A stretch of DNA of 45,140 nt, filler included, from Jimgerdemannia flammicorona (Eukaryota): the NCBI GenBank assembly GCA_003990765.1. It is 2 parts of 2 records of this genome, joined end to end, with 100 filler letters (N's around TTAATTAATTAA, not from the genome) between each part and the next. Parts side by side here need not be neighbours in the genome. Positions count along the whole stretch, not along the records: positions 1 to 22,523 come from RBNJ01001256.1; 1 more part is not named here. One strand, 5' to 3'. A program made the position numbers and the translations under genes. Below are positions 10,351 through 22,523 of this stretch, one piece after another; position 1 is the stretch's first letter; each line of letters opens with the position of its first letter. The notes under the pieces were generated by a model. The model was not told the DNA's origin and did not search any database. It saw only the letters and a list, made by a program, of their open reading frames with translations.

Positions 10351-12645
10351 ATGAATGCAATCCATTCCAACCTAGGCACGCCCTCGTCCCTCAACACAAC
10401 CTTTACCCAAACAACGCCCTACAAAGCAACCGTCAGTGGATTCGCGCTCCTGGCGGCGCTAGAATGCGTCGTTTTCGGCACGCTCTATTTGTACAACCTG
10501 TCAGTAGCCGCACGACATCCCGAAGTCGGCGCCCCGCGCAGTCTCTGGCGCTTTCTGGTGCTGGTCGTCGTCCTCGCACTGCGCTTGTGCCTTGTCTCAT
10601 TTTACATTTCGTTCGACCCGTATGATCAATACCCAGACTTTGTAGCATCCGTTTACCGCGTCGTCTTTGTCACTGTCACCGTCTGGTTCACCATGTTCTT
10701 GTGCATGCCAGCACTCCTGATGCCCCTCTGCTGGTACTACTATGGGCTAGGCGATAAACGGCTCGGAGAGGCGGCGACGAGTGGAACGCTTGGCTTAAGC
10801 GTGAGGCGGATCGTTGGGCTGAAGGATACTGATGCCCATCACGAGCGGAAGTACCATGTTATCGTCATTGTGCCCATTTACAACGAGGAACCTGAAATTT
10901 TGTGGAAGGGAATCAGCGCGCTCTTAAACTCAACGTTCAGCAAGAGACGGCTGGAAATCCACCTTTCATTTGACAACCCGGAGATATCCGACTTATTCAA
11001 GGATTTACTTCGACGCTTCCGCAACGCGCACGACGCGACGCACATCCGCGGTGAGATGTTCGGCTACCGGCACGTGACGGAGACGACGATCCAATTTTAC
11101 CACCACGGGGCGATGATCTTCGTGCACCGGTGGCTGCACGGGGGCAAGCGCCCAACCCAAGCCAAGACGTTCAACTTCATCCGTACGCACATGAACGCGC
11201 ATGCGGACGACACCGTGATCCTGCTGATCGACTCTGACAACGAAATTCACCGTAACGCGATTAACAACTTTGTCGTCTCACTGAACCGCAACCCGCGCGT
11301 GCAAGCTCTGGCAGGCTACATGACGTGCGTATCCTCCAGCTACGGCGCATGGAACCCAATGCGCGTGCTCCAGGACGCCGAATACACGTCGTGCGAAATC
11401 AACCGCGCGCTTGAGGTCATCATGGGCTCCGTCATTTGCCTTCCTGGCGGGCTCACCTTGGTCAAATACCTGACCCTGCTGGCTGTTGCTCCCGTCTACT
11501 TCGGCGACCTCCCGACCGAGGCCCTGATCGACTACCACCGCAACCATCTGGGAGAAGACCGCTACCTGACCCACTTACTACACCAGCGCCTGCCGAGTGG
11601 ATCGCTAGGGTTCTGCCCGAGCGCAAGATGCAAGACCGAGCCACCCACGAACCTGTCACAGTTTCTCAAGCAGCGGCGCCGGTGGCTACTGGGGGCGGTG
11701 AGTAACGACGCTTATATGTTGATGGATGTAAGCTTGTGGAAGAAATTCCCGCTGCTCATGACGTACAAGTGCTTCCAGACCGCCTGGCGGTCCACCACTG
11801 TATGCCAGTACCTGCTGTTGTTTGGTGCCGTTCTCGGGTTTATTCGCATAACCCCGGAACAGTTCGGCCTCAATATCCCCACAGTCACCGTCCCGTTCGC
11901 AATTGCGTGGTTCGGAATTTCAATCATTGCCATTCGGCTTCGAAGGTATAAGGTACCTTTTCTCTGGCCGCTGTTGATGTTCATCTGGCCCGTTGGCCAG
12001 TGCATGGTCGACGTCTACACGTTGTTCACGTGGTCGAAACGCACATGGGGCGGCCCGCGAACTGTGGGGTCGGACGAGGCGAACGGGGCGGACGAGGCAA
12101 GCGGGTTGACAGGTGGGGGTGGGGGGTGCGACGAGGCAAGTATATCAGAGGGTCGGAACGCTGCGGAGGTGATCCGCACCATCTTGTGGAAGGATCACGA
12201 CTCCGAAGACGACGACAAAGCCGTGGCAAGCTCTCCTGTCATACGTGTCCAAGTCGAGCGCGACGACAGCAATTGCGAAAGTAGCAATCTCAAAGACGAG
12301 GACCCGTTTAATCCGCCGCCGATGCTGGCGCCCGCCTACTTGCACCGGTACGCGTCCACGTCCGGCAGCAGTGACACTCTCAGCGTCACCATGCACGACG
12401 ACGACGACGACTCATCGACCATGGCCGCCACTCCCACTTCGACTCACCTTGGGCCGGCGCCGTATCATCTTCCGAGGCCCGTCCGCGCCATCATGGCGCG
12501 CGTGGTCAGCCCTGGCGGCCGTGATTTCCCTAACAGTCGCCTCTATTATGGAGACGAAGTCAGTTCAAACGAGGACCTTTTGCATCCCCCGCAATCATCT
12601 CGATGGGGATCAGTTGCTAGTTCGCGCGGCGCTGGAATGTCGTAA
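10351..12645 (+). CDS. CHS: Chitin synthase (GT2, Chitin_synth_2-type), intronless, ~764 aa, with no myosin or cytochrome-b5 domain evident
   Basis: Motifs PIYNE, GGKR, LLIDSD, QDAEY, CLPG, LGEDRYLT, QRRRW and TWG. N- and C-terminal TM segments. The first in-frame ATG is at 10351 (the ORF-track start at 10279 is TTG). Confidence 0.92.
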   Translation: MNAIHSNLGTPSSLNTTFTQTTPYKATVSGFALLAALECVVFGTLYLYNLSVAARHPEVGAPRSLWRFLVLVVVLALRLCLVSFYISFDPYDQYPDFVASVYRVVFVTVTVWFTMFLCMPALLMPLCWYYYGLGDKRLGEAATSGTLGLSVRRIVGLKDTDAHHERKYHVIVIVPIYNEEPEILWKGISALLNSTFSKRRLEIHLSFDNPEISDLFKDLLRRFRNAHDATHIRGEMFGYRHVTETTIQFYHHGAMIFVHRWLHGGKRPTQAKTFNFIRTHMNAHADDTVILLIDSDNEIHRNAINNFVVSLNRNPRVQALAGYMTCVSSSYGAWNPMRVLQDAEYTSCEINRALEVIMGSVICLPGGLTLVKYLTLLAVAPVYFGDLPTEALIDYHRNHLGEDRYLTHLLHQRLPSGSLGFCPSARCKTEPPTNLSQFLKQRRRWLLGAVSNDAYMLMDVSLWKKFPLLMTYKCFQTAWRSTTVCQYLLLFGAVLGFIRITPEQFGLNIPTVTVPFAIAWFGISIIAIRLRRYKVPFLWPLLMFIWPVGQCMVDVYTLFTWSKRTWGGPRTVGSDEANGADEASGLTGGGGGCDEASISEGRNAAEVIRTILWKDHDSEDDDKAVASSPVIRVQVERDDSNCESSNLKDEDPFNPPPMLAPAYLHRYASTSGSSDTLSVTMHDDDDDSSTMAATPTSTHLGPAPYHLPRPVRAIMARVVSPGGRDFPNSRLYYGDEVSSNEDLLHPPQSSRWGSVASSRGAGMS

Positions 12646-13558
12646 GGACTTTTGGAGTATCGGGGAATGCCTAGTTCTGAATTTACATTAGTGATAAGTG
12701 TGAGTAGGGAGCGGATTCGGCATTCCAAAAGACAAGAACGATAAATGATTAGTCGGCTCCGGAAAAAGCATTGAGACTTACTTTGTACAACTACGTTCCC
12801 AAGTCCATAATTAATACCCTTCGCAGTGTGGTACAGAAACAACATAGATACCCATATTGTATCCGATTATGTTGTTTTTCAAATTTTCAAGGAATAGACG
12901 CGTTTTTTGAAATAATGCCTGAGATATCAAAATGTCTTTTTGCAGGATACATCCCTGTTGTCGTCGTTTTCAGCGTTCTAGGGAGGAAAAGAAAAGAAAA
13001 ATATTATAATACGGCTCGGTATCAAACATCGGATTCGTGGAATAAGGAATCAGAGTCTGTGACGCCATGCCTGTGTTAACATTTCAAGATCGATTTAATC
13101 ACTGAACATTCAAAGGACTCATTGTAATCCCGACATCAAACTCTGTTGTAATATTTAACTGCAAAGGGTGGATCTTCATCAGTTAGCACTCCGAGCCGGC
13201 CTTGAACAAGGTAGTTGCATGAATTACGTTTATGCGGCATATCAACCTTGACTGTTAGCACCAGCCTTGGAGAAAGTTGATTCACACGATCTGTGATGAA
13301 CATCCTGTCGTCTATCCGAATTTGGCGTTCTGATCTAAAATACTGTCCTTGACTTCCGAGGTTCCCAGCAGAAAAACTGACAGCGGAGCTTTTGCATGAT
13401 TGATATTCTACGACATCAATCTTCCGGGACAAAATAATAAGATGTCCGGATAATTCAAGGACAGGTGAGATCGATAAGATTGCAGAAACGCAGGTCCACA
13501 CTGTTCCGCGTAAGCAACAGAGGCTTCCGCGTTCCAGCCGTTCGGTGCATTCATTGAC

Positions 13559-13780
13559 CACGGAGCGAACATCCTGATTGCGGACGGCAACTACCCGCTT
13601 GAAACGCGCTCCTACAAGGGTGTCACGTACGTGCACCTGAACCTGCGGCCAGGCCAACTGCCTGTGACGGACGTGCTGGAGGAAATCCTGACGGCGGTGC
13701 CCGTCGAGCGGACGTACATGGTGTCGCCGCCCGTGGGATTGGACTCGACTCTCATCTTCAAGGAATTCAACCAGCTGCTC
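13559..13780 (+). pseudogene. RbsD/FucU-family (ribose pyranase / fucose mutarotase) gene fragment
   Basis: HGANILIADGNYPLETRSYKGVTYVHLNLRPGQLPVTDVLEEILTAVPVE...IFKEFNQLL resembles the family's GHGDx(I/L)xIADxN(Y/F)P N-terminal half. There is an in-frame stop at 13511-13513 with no ATG between it and the motif, and the family C-terminus is not seen. Confidence 0.7.
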
Positions 13781-13914
13781 AAGGGAAAGGAATTTCTACG
13801 AGATGGCAAAGGCAGAGGATACCATTTTGGCGATCGCAACAGGAGAGCAGAAGATTTTCGCCAACATCCTCTTGACAATCGGTGTCAGGCATGCTTGAAG
13901 GATGGGACGTTAGT

Positions 13915-14160
13915 AAATAAATATAAAAAATAGTTAAAATAAGAATATTTATAATAAAATTTATGTTTATACATCTAAAATATATAATCATTTATAGATA
14001 TAGATATATAAAAACTATATATAAAATTGATTTATTTATTTAATGAATAGTAAAGATTACGTATTATTATTATTATTATATTAAAATTATTAATTATCTT
14101 TATTATACTTATAATAAGTATATCCAATTCTTATTTTTATATTTGTTTATTTATTTTATT

Positions 14161-14199
<39 letters not shown>

Positions 14200-14350
14200 T
14201 TAAATAAATATATTATAAACCTTAAACCTCTACTTGAGCTATTTGAATGAATAGCTAGTAGCTTGGATTTTAATAGATATTATTTGCTTAAAGGCTTTTA
14301 AAGTATTGATAAATACTACTTTATCTGAGCTTTGTATTTCATATAAAATT
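13915..14350. repeat. Extremely AT-rich tract with a (TTTA)n microsatellite (~14150-14201)
   Basis: Composition is directly visible. It may be a fully decayed TE remnant. Confidence 0.8.
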
Positions 14351-14788
14351 TCTTCTTCCAACGGGTGTAATTGTAATTGCATAGAACTTCGTGCACATAC
14401 ACTAACTATAGAAATATGAATCGGCAATTTCAATCATGTCGCAAAAATTCAAATGTTGTCTGCAAAAGTGGTGCCCCTGAGGATCGACATGTTGTGGAAC
14501 CCTATTTGATTTTGCAACTCCGGCCCGAGTGTCAAAATTGAATTGATTTATATTGGTACCGAAAGCGAGATAAGGCAGGATTTATCGAATGTATAAATAT
14601 GTAGTGGGCTGAGTCAACGGACATATGCCGGGACCAAGAAAAAGGAGCAAAGTGAACGTGCAAGAAGGCCAAAGGAGGGGGGGGCACAGTCTGGATGAGG
14701 AAGAAATGATCGGCGTCATGTGACGTTGTGATCTGTCTTGTTTCGGTTTGTCGCCTTTCTCTGGCTTCCCCCTCCACTATCCCACGCC

Positions 14789-16694
14789 ATGACCTCCACC
14801 AGCCACGCCCTGGAGATCCCGCTAATCCTGACCAACATTTTCACTTATCTCTCCTGCCAATCGCACCTCCTGTCCTGCACCCTCGTCTCGCGCAACTTTT
14901 TCTCTGCCGCGATTCCGATCCTCTGGCGCCGCCCGCGAATCTACAAACCGCGCTTCTTCTCCGCTTTCACCTCCGCCCTGCAACCTTCCACCAACGCACA
15001 TACTCTGCGCTCCTATAGGACGTACGTTCACGAGCTCGATGTCGCTTACCTGATCCGCCAACGTCGCTCAGACCAGCACGCTCTCCTCGTCACCTGCCTC
15101 CCTCTCCTCCCAAACCTCGCTTCCGTCGACCTCCGCGACTGCTCCATTCTCACCGATGATGCACTCGCAATTCTCGCCGAAGCATGCCCGCACCTCAAGA
15201 CCCTCTGGCTCAACATCAACACCGCAATCACAACACAGGGCGCAATCGATTCCATCCCGCGCTTTGCAAAACTCAGAACACTTCACGTCGACGGCGCGCC
15301 CTGGTGCACGGACGAATTCATTGAATGCATCTTTGGGTCGTGTCGCCTTCTACGTGCGCTCAATATTACGGGATGCAGGCGCGTCACGGGAGATTCCCTA
15401 CGTCTCGTCCGTTCTACCCAGCTGCGATCCCTCGTCCTAAGACAGGTCGGATGCATGACCCGCGAGCAGGTCGCCGAGATCATGGCCTGCCGTACGCTCG
15501 AGGAGGTTGAGCTCGTCGTCGAGGGCGACTGGGATCTTTGGGCACTGATAGAAGACCCAAGCCCACCACCAGAAAGTGATGCGATCTCAGAGCTCTCAGA
15601 CTCCAGCCTCCGTGTTCGCACCATTTCCGCCGTCTCATCCCGCCGCACCCTTCGCAAGCTCTCTCTCAACCTTGCCAAAGGTGCACGCGAATCATCCCTC
15701 GTTGCGTTACTCGACCGCCTCGGTAGCAGTGATGCCTTGGTAGACCTAAACCTGCACCTCTGGCGCCCGAGCGAGACGACCGCAACACTTGACGGCATCG
15801 CCTCGCACTGTCACGCCCTTCGACGACTTCGACTCGAGAGATGGGACGGTGACTGCACTGGAAATGAAGCGCTACGTCGGATTCTTGAGTCATGTTCGAA
15901 GATCGAAGTTCTACACCTGTGCGAGTCGTCGTTTACAGACGGAGGTTTGGAAGCCGTGGTGGAGGTGTGCGGCGGGAGGTTGCGCGAGTTGACGATCGAG
16001 GACGTGCTGGTCACGGACGCGGGCGTCGCGAGGGTTGTGAGGGAGTGCACCGGGCTGAGAGCGTTGGTGGTCAAGTATTGTCAGGTGACCGATGCACCAT
16101 TGAGGGAGTTGAAGGCGTGCGGGAGCGGGATGAAGAGGCTGTCGTTTGAGTGTGAGAGCGTTGGCGAAGAGGCGTGGAGAAGCGTGTGTGAAGGATGCCC
16201 CCAGTTGGAGTTTTTGGAGCTGTGGACTATCGCAGAGGTGCCGAAAGAGGTATGTTTGGTGTCGAACCTTTGATTGCATCTCTCCTCATCTCTCACGCTA
16301 ACATTTCATTTTCTCCACCCCCACGCAGCACCTCCACCTTATCGCTCACCTCCGCCACCTCGAAACCCTAATCTGCTACGGCCTTGGCGCCCTCCCCGAA
16401 GCAATTCTGCTTCTCCTGGCACGATGGCTCCCCTCGCTGCGCGACCTCATCGTGCAGAAGAGCACGCGCTGGGACGAGTGGCTAGGCCCGTGGCTTAACA
16501 GCGGCGAGGTTCAGCGGCATCAACCCACGATGCTCAGCATTGGCCTTCAGTACCAGGAGTGGGTCCGGCGCGAAGAGGGCATTCATGTCGAGTTTGAGGG
16601 CAACATCGCGGGTGGGGTCGGGCCGTACGTCAGGGAGGAGGTCATTAGGGGCATGCCGTTGTGTACAGTGTTGTCAATGTATTCGAGAAGTTAA
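14789..16694 (+). CDS. F-box/leucine-rich-repeat (RNI-like) protein, ~608 aa. Exons 14789-16249 and 16329-16694
   Basis: N-terminal F-box-like LEIPLILTNIFTYL...LLSCTLVSRNFFSAAIPILWR and repeated LxxLxLxxCxxxTD units. An intron GTATGT...GCTAAC...CAG joins ORF 14738..16273 to ORF 16452..16694 in frame. Confidence 0.9.
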
Positions 16695-16721
16695 AGGGGG
16701 GGGGAGAAGAGAATGGAGGTA

Positions 16722-16754
<33 letters not shown>

Positions 16755-18055
16755 GTCATTTGGGTGTCGCTTTTGAATATACGCATATATTGCATTTGCG
16801 AAATAATTCGAAGTAGATGATTGATTCACAAAACCCGCAAAGCTGAATAGCAGAGAGCCACTTTAAAGGCGGCCAATTCCGATTGCTTAGCAATATCTAT
16901 AGACATGGACATGACTACGGCCATCTTTCACTTCCCGTTATTATGATAGGACGACGCTGTCTTGTCTAATTCTCGCCCCTGGCATCACGTTGCTCACCAG
17001 TCCAAGTCCTAGACAGGCGATTAAGCGACTGCTCAGCCACGGGCAGGACGACTATGGCCGCGTTGGTGCGCGGGAATGTAAGATTTTTGAGGACTAGGAG
17101 CGGCGCGTTTGCCGTCCGCGGAAGTTTGTTATCTGAATTTATGAGTTGGAGTTCCTTGCGAAATTGACCTGGCCAATGATCCTCTTCAAAAATTGACGTC
17201 ATGTGCTTTGGGGTGCGGTAGGAGGATTGCTGCAATAAGAAATTTCCGAAGTTATATATTGCATTTAATATTGTCCAATCAAATGAGATACACGTCAGAT
17301 AGCATCATCACAGGATCCACTTTTTTAATTACCATTTAGCCGCAGATCGTAAAATCGAATATTCTGAGTCACATAAAGTGGCCTGGCCCCTCAAAAAGCT
17401 GGCGGATATGCCTCAGAAGCTGGCGGATGATCACTTTTCGACAACCTTAATATCGAAGACTTAAAATGACGACATTGATAGGCTCGAATTTAGACTCCGT
17501 ACTCGAGAATCGCGTCCACAAGCAGTTCAGGTGACGTCGTCAACGAGGAGCGAATATTATGGGAGAAATCCTCATTGGAAAAGCTAGGATCGAACTCTTC
17601 TTTATGATGTCATTGAAGTCCGTATTCGATTAGCAGACATGTCAATTTGTTTCCTTCGAACTTCCTTCTAACGTCAGGCAGGTAGCCACACTTGTTCTTA
17701 CCCCTGATTCGTTTTGTGCAGACCATTGTTTGCCGAGAGGGATTGCGCCATCGATACGCCTGATGGGCATGACAGACACATTTCATTTCCCTTTCGGCTC
17801 CTCTGGCCTGTTAATTTCGGCACAGTGTTTTCACGCCAATCATAACGGTCGCTGTGGTTCTTAGAGTATGCAGCCTGGTCATATGTCTCCTAGACGACAG
17901 TGAATCGTGCATACTGTAAATGAGGTTGCGGTGCCGATTACAAGACTCGTAAGATTTAAAGTATTGACATCGCATACATTCCCCCAAGACCCAAAGAGCC
18001 TTCCTCCTAGCGTACGTAAACTTCATCAAACTTCGAAACCAGCTTTTCCAACGGC

Positions 18056-19264
18056 ATGCCTCTTTTTCCGAACGAGATTTACTACTTCCGTTGTTTCTTC
18101 CCGGCATGCCCAATGACCTTCATCGCTGAAGGTATGGACACGATTGTCCTTAATCACATCAACGATATTTACGTCGACATACCTATGCACCTCCTTTGTG
18201 CTTTTCCCGCATGTACGAAGGATTTTAAGAGCATAGAGAATCTCCTCGTTCACTGGGAATCTCATCGCGTTAGCGTACCGCAGAATGATAATCCAGTCAA
18301 CCAAATCACAGCAAACCGTGTCGACCACCCACAAGCTCAATTCATATATGATGCAAGCACGCACAGCTGTATGAGTATCCTCCCAGCCCAGCCCAACTCG
18401 AAATTCCACTACATCATTCCAAGTGACGTATCCAATTGGCGCGCCTACGACCACATGAATACCTCCCCTGTAAACTCCAACCCGAGCACCCACTGGTCAC
18501 CGAGTAGCGGCAACCCCCCTGAAAATATGCCAAACCTGTCGCCGACGATTTTCTATGCCACGCTCGCTTGTCAGGATTTCTCCTCGCCTCCTTCATTACA
18601 GCCGCCGACCGTGTCCACAACCGAATACCTCAAGTACAAGGATTGCACAGATTGTGGGAAAAAGAAGAAACGGTGTCGCGTCCACGCCACCATAAGCACG
18701 ACAACGCGTATTCCACCTAAAACGGCATGTGCTGGATGCAGTTACGATAAAAAACGATGCCTCGGAGACGCTCCTTGTGCTCGCTGTATCCAGCTACATA
18801 GGCCTTGTTTCGGGAACGACACATACCGCACCGTCATCGAATCTCGGTGCAACCTATTAACCTCGGCAGACAAAAGTGAAGTCATGAAAGCAATCGACGA
18901 CCTCAAAAAAATTCTTCCGATGGGCGACGTTGAGCGCCGAAGTAAACGCTGGGCTAAAGTCAACCACTACGCGGTATGCGTTAAGGAGTGTAATGGCGTG
19001 AAGTCGCTCCGCTCCCTTGAGATTCACGGGGGATCGATTGGCAGGGAAGTCCGCTACGTCTTACGCAAATGGTTTGGTGATGAGCAGAGAGTGAGGATGG
19101 ATGCCGCGCCGGTTATAGTCACCAATGTAGGCGACACCGACTTGCAGAGAAACGCGAATGAAGGGGGCGATCCTCAAATTTTGTGGGAAATCTCGCAGAG
19201 CGCGCCGCAACAACATTCACAGTTATCATTGTGTGAGATCCACGAGGAAGCGCCGAATGTGTGA
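18056..19264 (+). CDS. Putative transcription factor with a C2H2 finger and a Zn(II)2Cys6 cluster, 402 aa
   Basis: CAFPACTKDFKSIENLLVHWESH (C2H2) and ACAGCSYDKKRCLGDAPCARCIQLHRPC (Zn2Cys6). Uninterrupted ORF. Confidence 0.8.
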   Translation: MPLFPNEIYYFRCFFPACPMTFIAEGMDTIVLNHINDIYVDIPMHLLCAFPACTKDFKSIENLLVHWESHRVSVPQNDNPVNQITANRVDHPQAQFIYDASTHSCMSILPAQPNSKFHYIIPSDVSNWRAYDHMNTSPVNSNPSTHWSPSSGNPPENMPNLSPTIFYATLACQDFSSPPSLQPPTVSTTEYLKYKDCTDCGKKKKRCRVHATISTTTRIPPKTACAGCSYDKKRCLGDAPCARCIQLHRPCFGNDTYRTVIESRCNLLTSADKSEVMKAIDDLKKILPMGDVERRSKRWAKVNHYAVCVKECNGVKSLRSLEIHGGSIGREVRYVLRKWFGDEQRVRMDAAPVIVTNVGDTDLQRNANEGGDPQILWEISQSAPQQHSQLSLCEIHEEAPNV

Positions 19265-19335
19265 ACTGATTTCGGGATGGTGTTTGTGCTGGGAAGCACG
19301 GCAACATTGAGTGAGCCGGCTTTGAAATAACCAAC

Positions 19336-19445
19336 CGATATATGCTTAAACATTCAGCGATATGCTTGAACTTTCAACGATATGATAGAACCTTCAACGA
19401 TATGCTAGGACCCTCAACGATATGCTTGAATCTTTAATGATATGG
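19336..19445. repeat. Short degenerate tandem repeat (CGATATGC... units of ~20 bp); an A50 run follows at 19549-19598
   Basis: Five to six CGATATG cores at ~20-bp spacing. Confidence 0.75.
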
Positions 19446-19543
19446 TCGCGTTTAGTAACCATTCTGTGTTTTTTCTTTTTCTTTTCTTTTGCTTTCTTTC
19501 CTTTCATTTTCTTTTCTATTCTTTTCTTTTTGCAGACCTCTAT

Positions 19544-19600
<57 letters not shown>

Positions 19601-20408
19601 TTGTTTCAATCGCTCGATCACACTGCATTAATGCCTGTTCATAAGATCTGTTGCCACCACAGTATATTAGTTCATTACGGCACTCATTTCCTCCAATAAA
19701 AAGTGATTAAACAATCTTCCGAGTAGGAAATGGGATCAAGGCCTTTACGTGAAACACATGCAGACTCGAGCTACAGAAATAGGGTGAATTTACATACAGA
19801 AAGTTGTATGTGATTGTCGGCTGACAATGTGTATATACTTATATAGCCCGACACCTGTTATACACGTACTGCTGCTACCCTGGCGGACGCTGTTTGCTCC
19901 TATCTGGGGTTACCATGCCGATGCTTTTTGTAGCTCTAGTTACCCCTACGGTACGCTCGAATGAATATCTTCTGCTTGAGTCGGTACGATCCTACTCACT
20001 TGCACCTTTACTATCTCAGAAATCGACGAGTTTTGCCCCTCATTTGTGTTATTTTATCAGCCCTTTGAACCTAGCTTGGTGAACCTACTTAACCCTCAAA
20101 GTAACCCGCCATTTGCAACATAGGGCTGCCGGTATGGCCCGAACTCTCATAGAATAATAACGACATAAGGATGGGTGACTGGCAGCAAAGGATCTGGGGC
20201 CAAATAAGGCAAAGGTGCTTTGTGCCATTTGATCATGCACTCCTTGTTATGCTATAATACAACGCATTCTCTCGACCGCAAACTGACAATTCTTCACACC
20301 CGCACAGCTTTCTCCGCACGGTTGCAGCAAGCCTTCCAGCGCCACCGCTCCGCCAGCACGACATTTTTATTTTTTTTTCAGTCGAAACCCCACACCACCA
20401 CCTCGAAA

Positions 20409-21769
20409 ATGTCCGTAGTCGAACCTCCAAAGAAGAATAGGTGAGCTGCCCGAGCTACGCGGTTTCCAGTAGGAAACGCGGAACCAGTTTTGTTGTACGG
20501 GCGTCGCTAGCACGCTTCAGACTTCCTCGCTGGTGGTCTATGCTTTTATGCTCGTACTCGGGCCCAACCCTCCTCGAGCCCTCCTTGGACCACCTCCTTT
20601 TCACCCGTTGAGTTTGTGACGTGGAACTCTCACACTCTCTTACCAGCGAAACCTATTACCCTACCCCCCCCTCTCACCACTAACACCCGCTACGTCATTC
20701 CAGCTCGCCCGGCGTAATTATTAAGGTCGGTATGGTCGGTGATGCGCAGATAGGGAAGACGAGTCTGATGGTCAAGTACGTGGAGGGATCGTTCGACGAG
20801 GATTACATTCAAACGCTAGGTAAGAGGTGGGGATGAGGACTAGGGTCTTTTGGCCTCTCAATGGCGTCAACCTGGCGCTGGAAATACCTCATTTCGAACG
20901 GACGAACCCCTCCATCGGCACACTCACCGTAGGCGTCAACTTCATGGAAAAGACCATCTCGATCAGGAACACGGAAATCACGTTTAGCATCTGGGATTTG
21001 GGTGGTAAGCTCTTGAAGATTTGTATCTCGGTTTCGTAAAAATAAAAATAAATAATTAAAAAAAAAAAAAAATCCGTTTCTAACGCTCGCATAGGCCAGC
21101 GGGAATTCGTCAACATGCTCCCGCTGGTGTGCAACGATGCCGTCGCCATTCTCTTTATTTTCGACCTGACGCGCAAGTCTACGCTTAACAGCGTCAAGGA
21201 GTGGTATCGGCAGGCGAGGGGACTTAATAAGGTGAGAAGTTCTTTCGAGTTCAGATGGGCTATTACATGCACAAATCAATAAAAATCTGACTCATTTGTT
21301 TCATTTCCCTTTCCCCAACTCAGACAGCTATTCCGTTCCTCGTCGGCACGAAATACGACCAGTTTGTAAACTTTCCCAAGGAAGAACAGGAGGAGATCAC
21401 AAAACAGGTACAACGAGCCATGCTCTCTCCAGTCATGCTCTCTCCAGCCATGCTATGCACGGCTTTGACCCAGCCACTATTTTGTCCGTCATGCGGATCT
21501 GAAATAGCTAAACCAAAGACCGATCGTACTGGCACCGATAACTAACGCACATAGAAAAAGAGAAACCATTTCTAACATCTCCTCTCCCCTTTTTCCCTCA
21601 GGCACGTAAATTTTCCAAGGCAATGAAGTCGCCCCTGATCTTCTGCTCGACGGCGGCCTCGATCAACGTCCAAAAGATCTTCAAGATCGTTCTATCCAAG
21701 GCCTTCGACCTCAAGTGCAATATCCCAGAGATTAAGGACGTTGGCTCCCCCGTGCTCGAGTACCTGTAG
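20409..21769 (+). CDS. spg1: Septation/mitotic-exit small GTPase Spg1/Tem1, 202 aa. Exons 20409-20440, 20704-20819, 20933-21004, 21095-21231, 21324-21407, 21602-21769
   Basis: Spliced product: [81 protein letters not shown]...VGTKYD...[19 protein letters not shown]. All five introns are GT-AG and the exons sum to 609 nt. Confidence 0.97.
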
Positions 21770-22053
21770 ATACTGGGTAGCGTATATAGATTGAAAGTGA
21801 TGCCAGAGGGACGGTGTGGTAAATGGAGGGATGAAAGGTGGATGGGTCCGTCGATGGGTGCGTGGTTGTGTAGTGTTTCATTTTCGGGGTCATATTTCTT
21901 TTCTTCTCTTTTTTCCGGTATTTCTCAACCGGCGTACCAATGTAACCGACATAGTCTATTGTATCGCGTTATGGTTGTATTTTGCACCATCGCTTCTCGT
22001 TTGAAATCCAGTTCCTCGTGTATGATATTAAACCTGTATTTTTTTTTTTTTTT

Positions 22054-22523
22054 GCTCGTCCTCAACCACTTGCATGATATATCTTCAGCTTCGATAGTGT
22101 CATAAGATATCGTAGAATTACTCCGCATTTTTATCCGTCGCATTTGGCACGCGCTTGCGAGGCCTAAGCATCATGGCGAGTCCTGGATTCGGCGGAAGGA
22201 GATCCGAACTCCATATGGCCGATTACCAAGCAAACCAAACCGGGAGATTGGAAGATTCAACTCAGAAGACCCGATTTTTTGTGGTTTAAAATCGTTTATG
22301 TATATATGATACAGCGCGAGAAGGGAGTAGAGCAGAGCGATATGCGCGCAAAAAGTTCGGCTGCAACGTAAAGTTGAAAAACTGGCCTTTTTTTTTTTTT
22401 TTTTTTTTTTTGCTCGTCCTCAACCACTTGCATGATATATCTTCAGCTTCGATAGTGTCATAAGATATCGTAGAATTACTCCGCATTTTTATCCGTCGCA
22501 TTTGGCACGCGCTTGCGAGGCCT
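22054..22523. repeat. Exact 112-bp direct duplication (22054-22165 and 22412-22523), each copy preceded by poly-T
   Basis: The sequences are identical. The second copy abuts the gap, so it may be an assembly artefact. Confidence 0.9.

Noticed and set aside
13136..13657. 173-aa minus-strand ORF
   Set aside because: It is partly antisense to the RbsD/FucU fragment, has no recognisable motif and has a non-ATG start.
16966..17235. 89-aa minus-strand ORF, and ORFs at 6562-7189
   Set aside because: They are short, have no recognisable domain, and I could not build a convincing splice model.
19336..19445. Spaced ~20-bp repeats read as a CRISPR-like array
   Set aside because: These are degenerate tandem units with no unique spacers, no cas genes, and a eukaryotic context.
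22412..22523. 112-bp exact duplicate read as a SINE or regulatory repeat
   Set aside because: It follows a homopolymer and ends exactly at the contig edge. Misassembly is the simpler explanation without reads.
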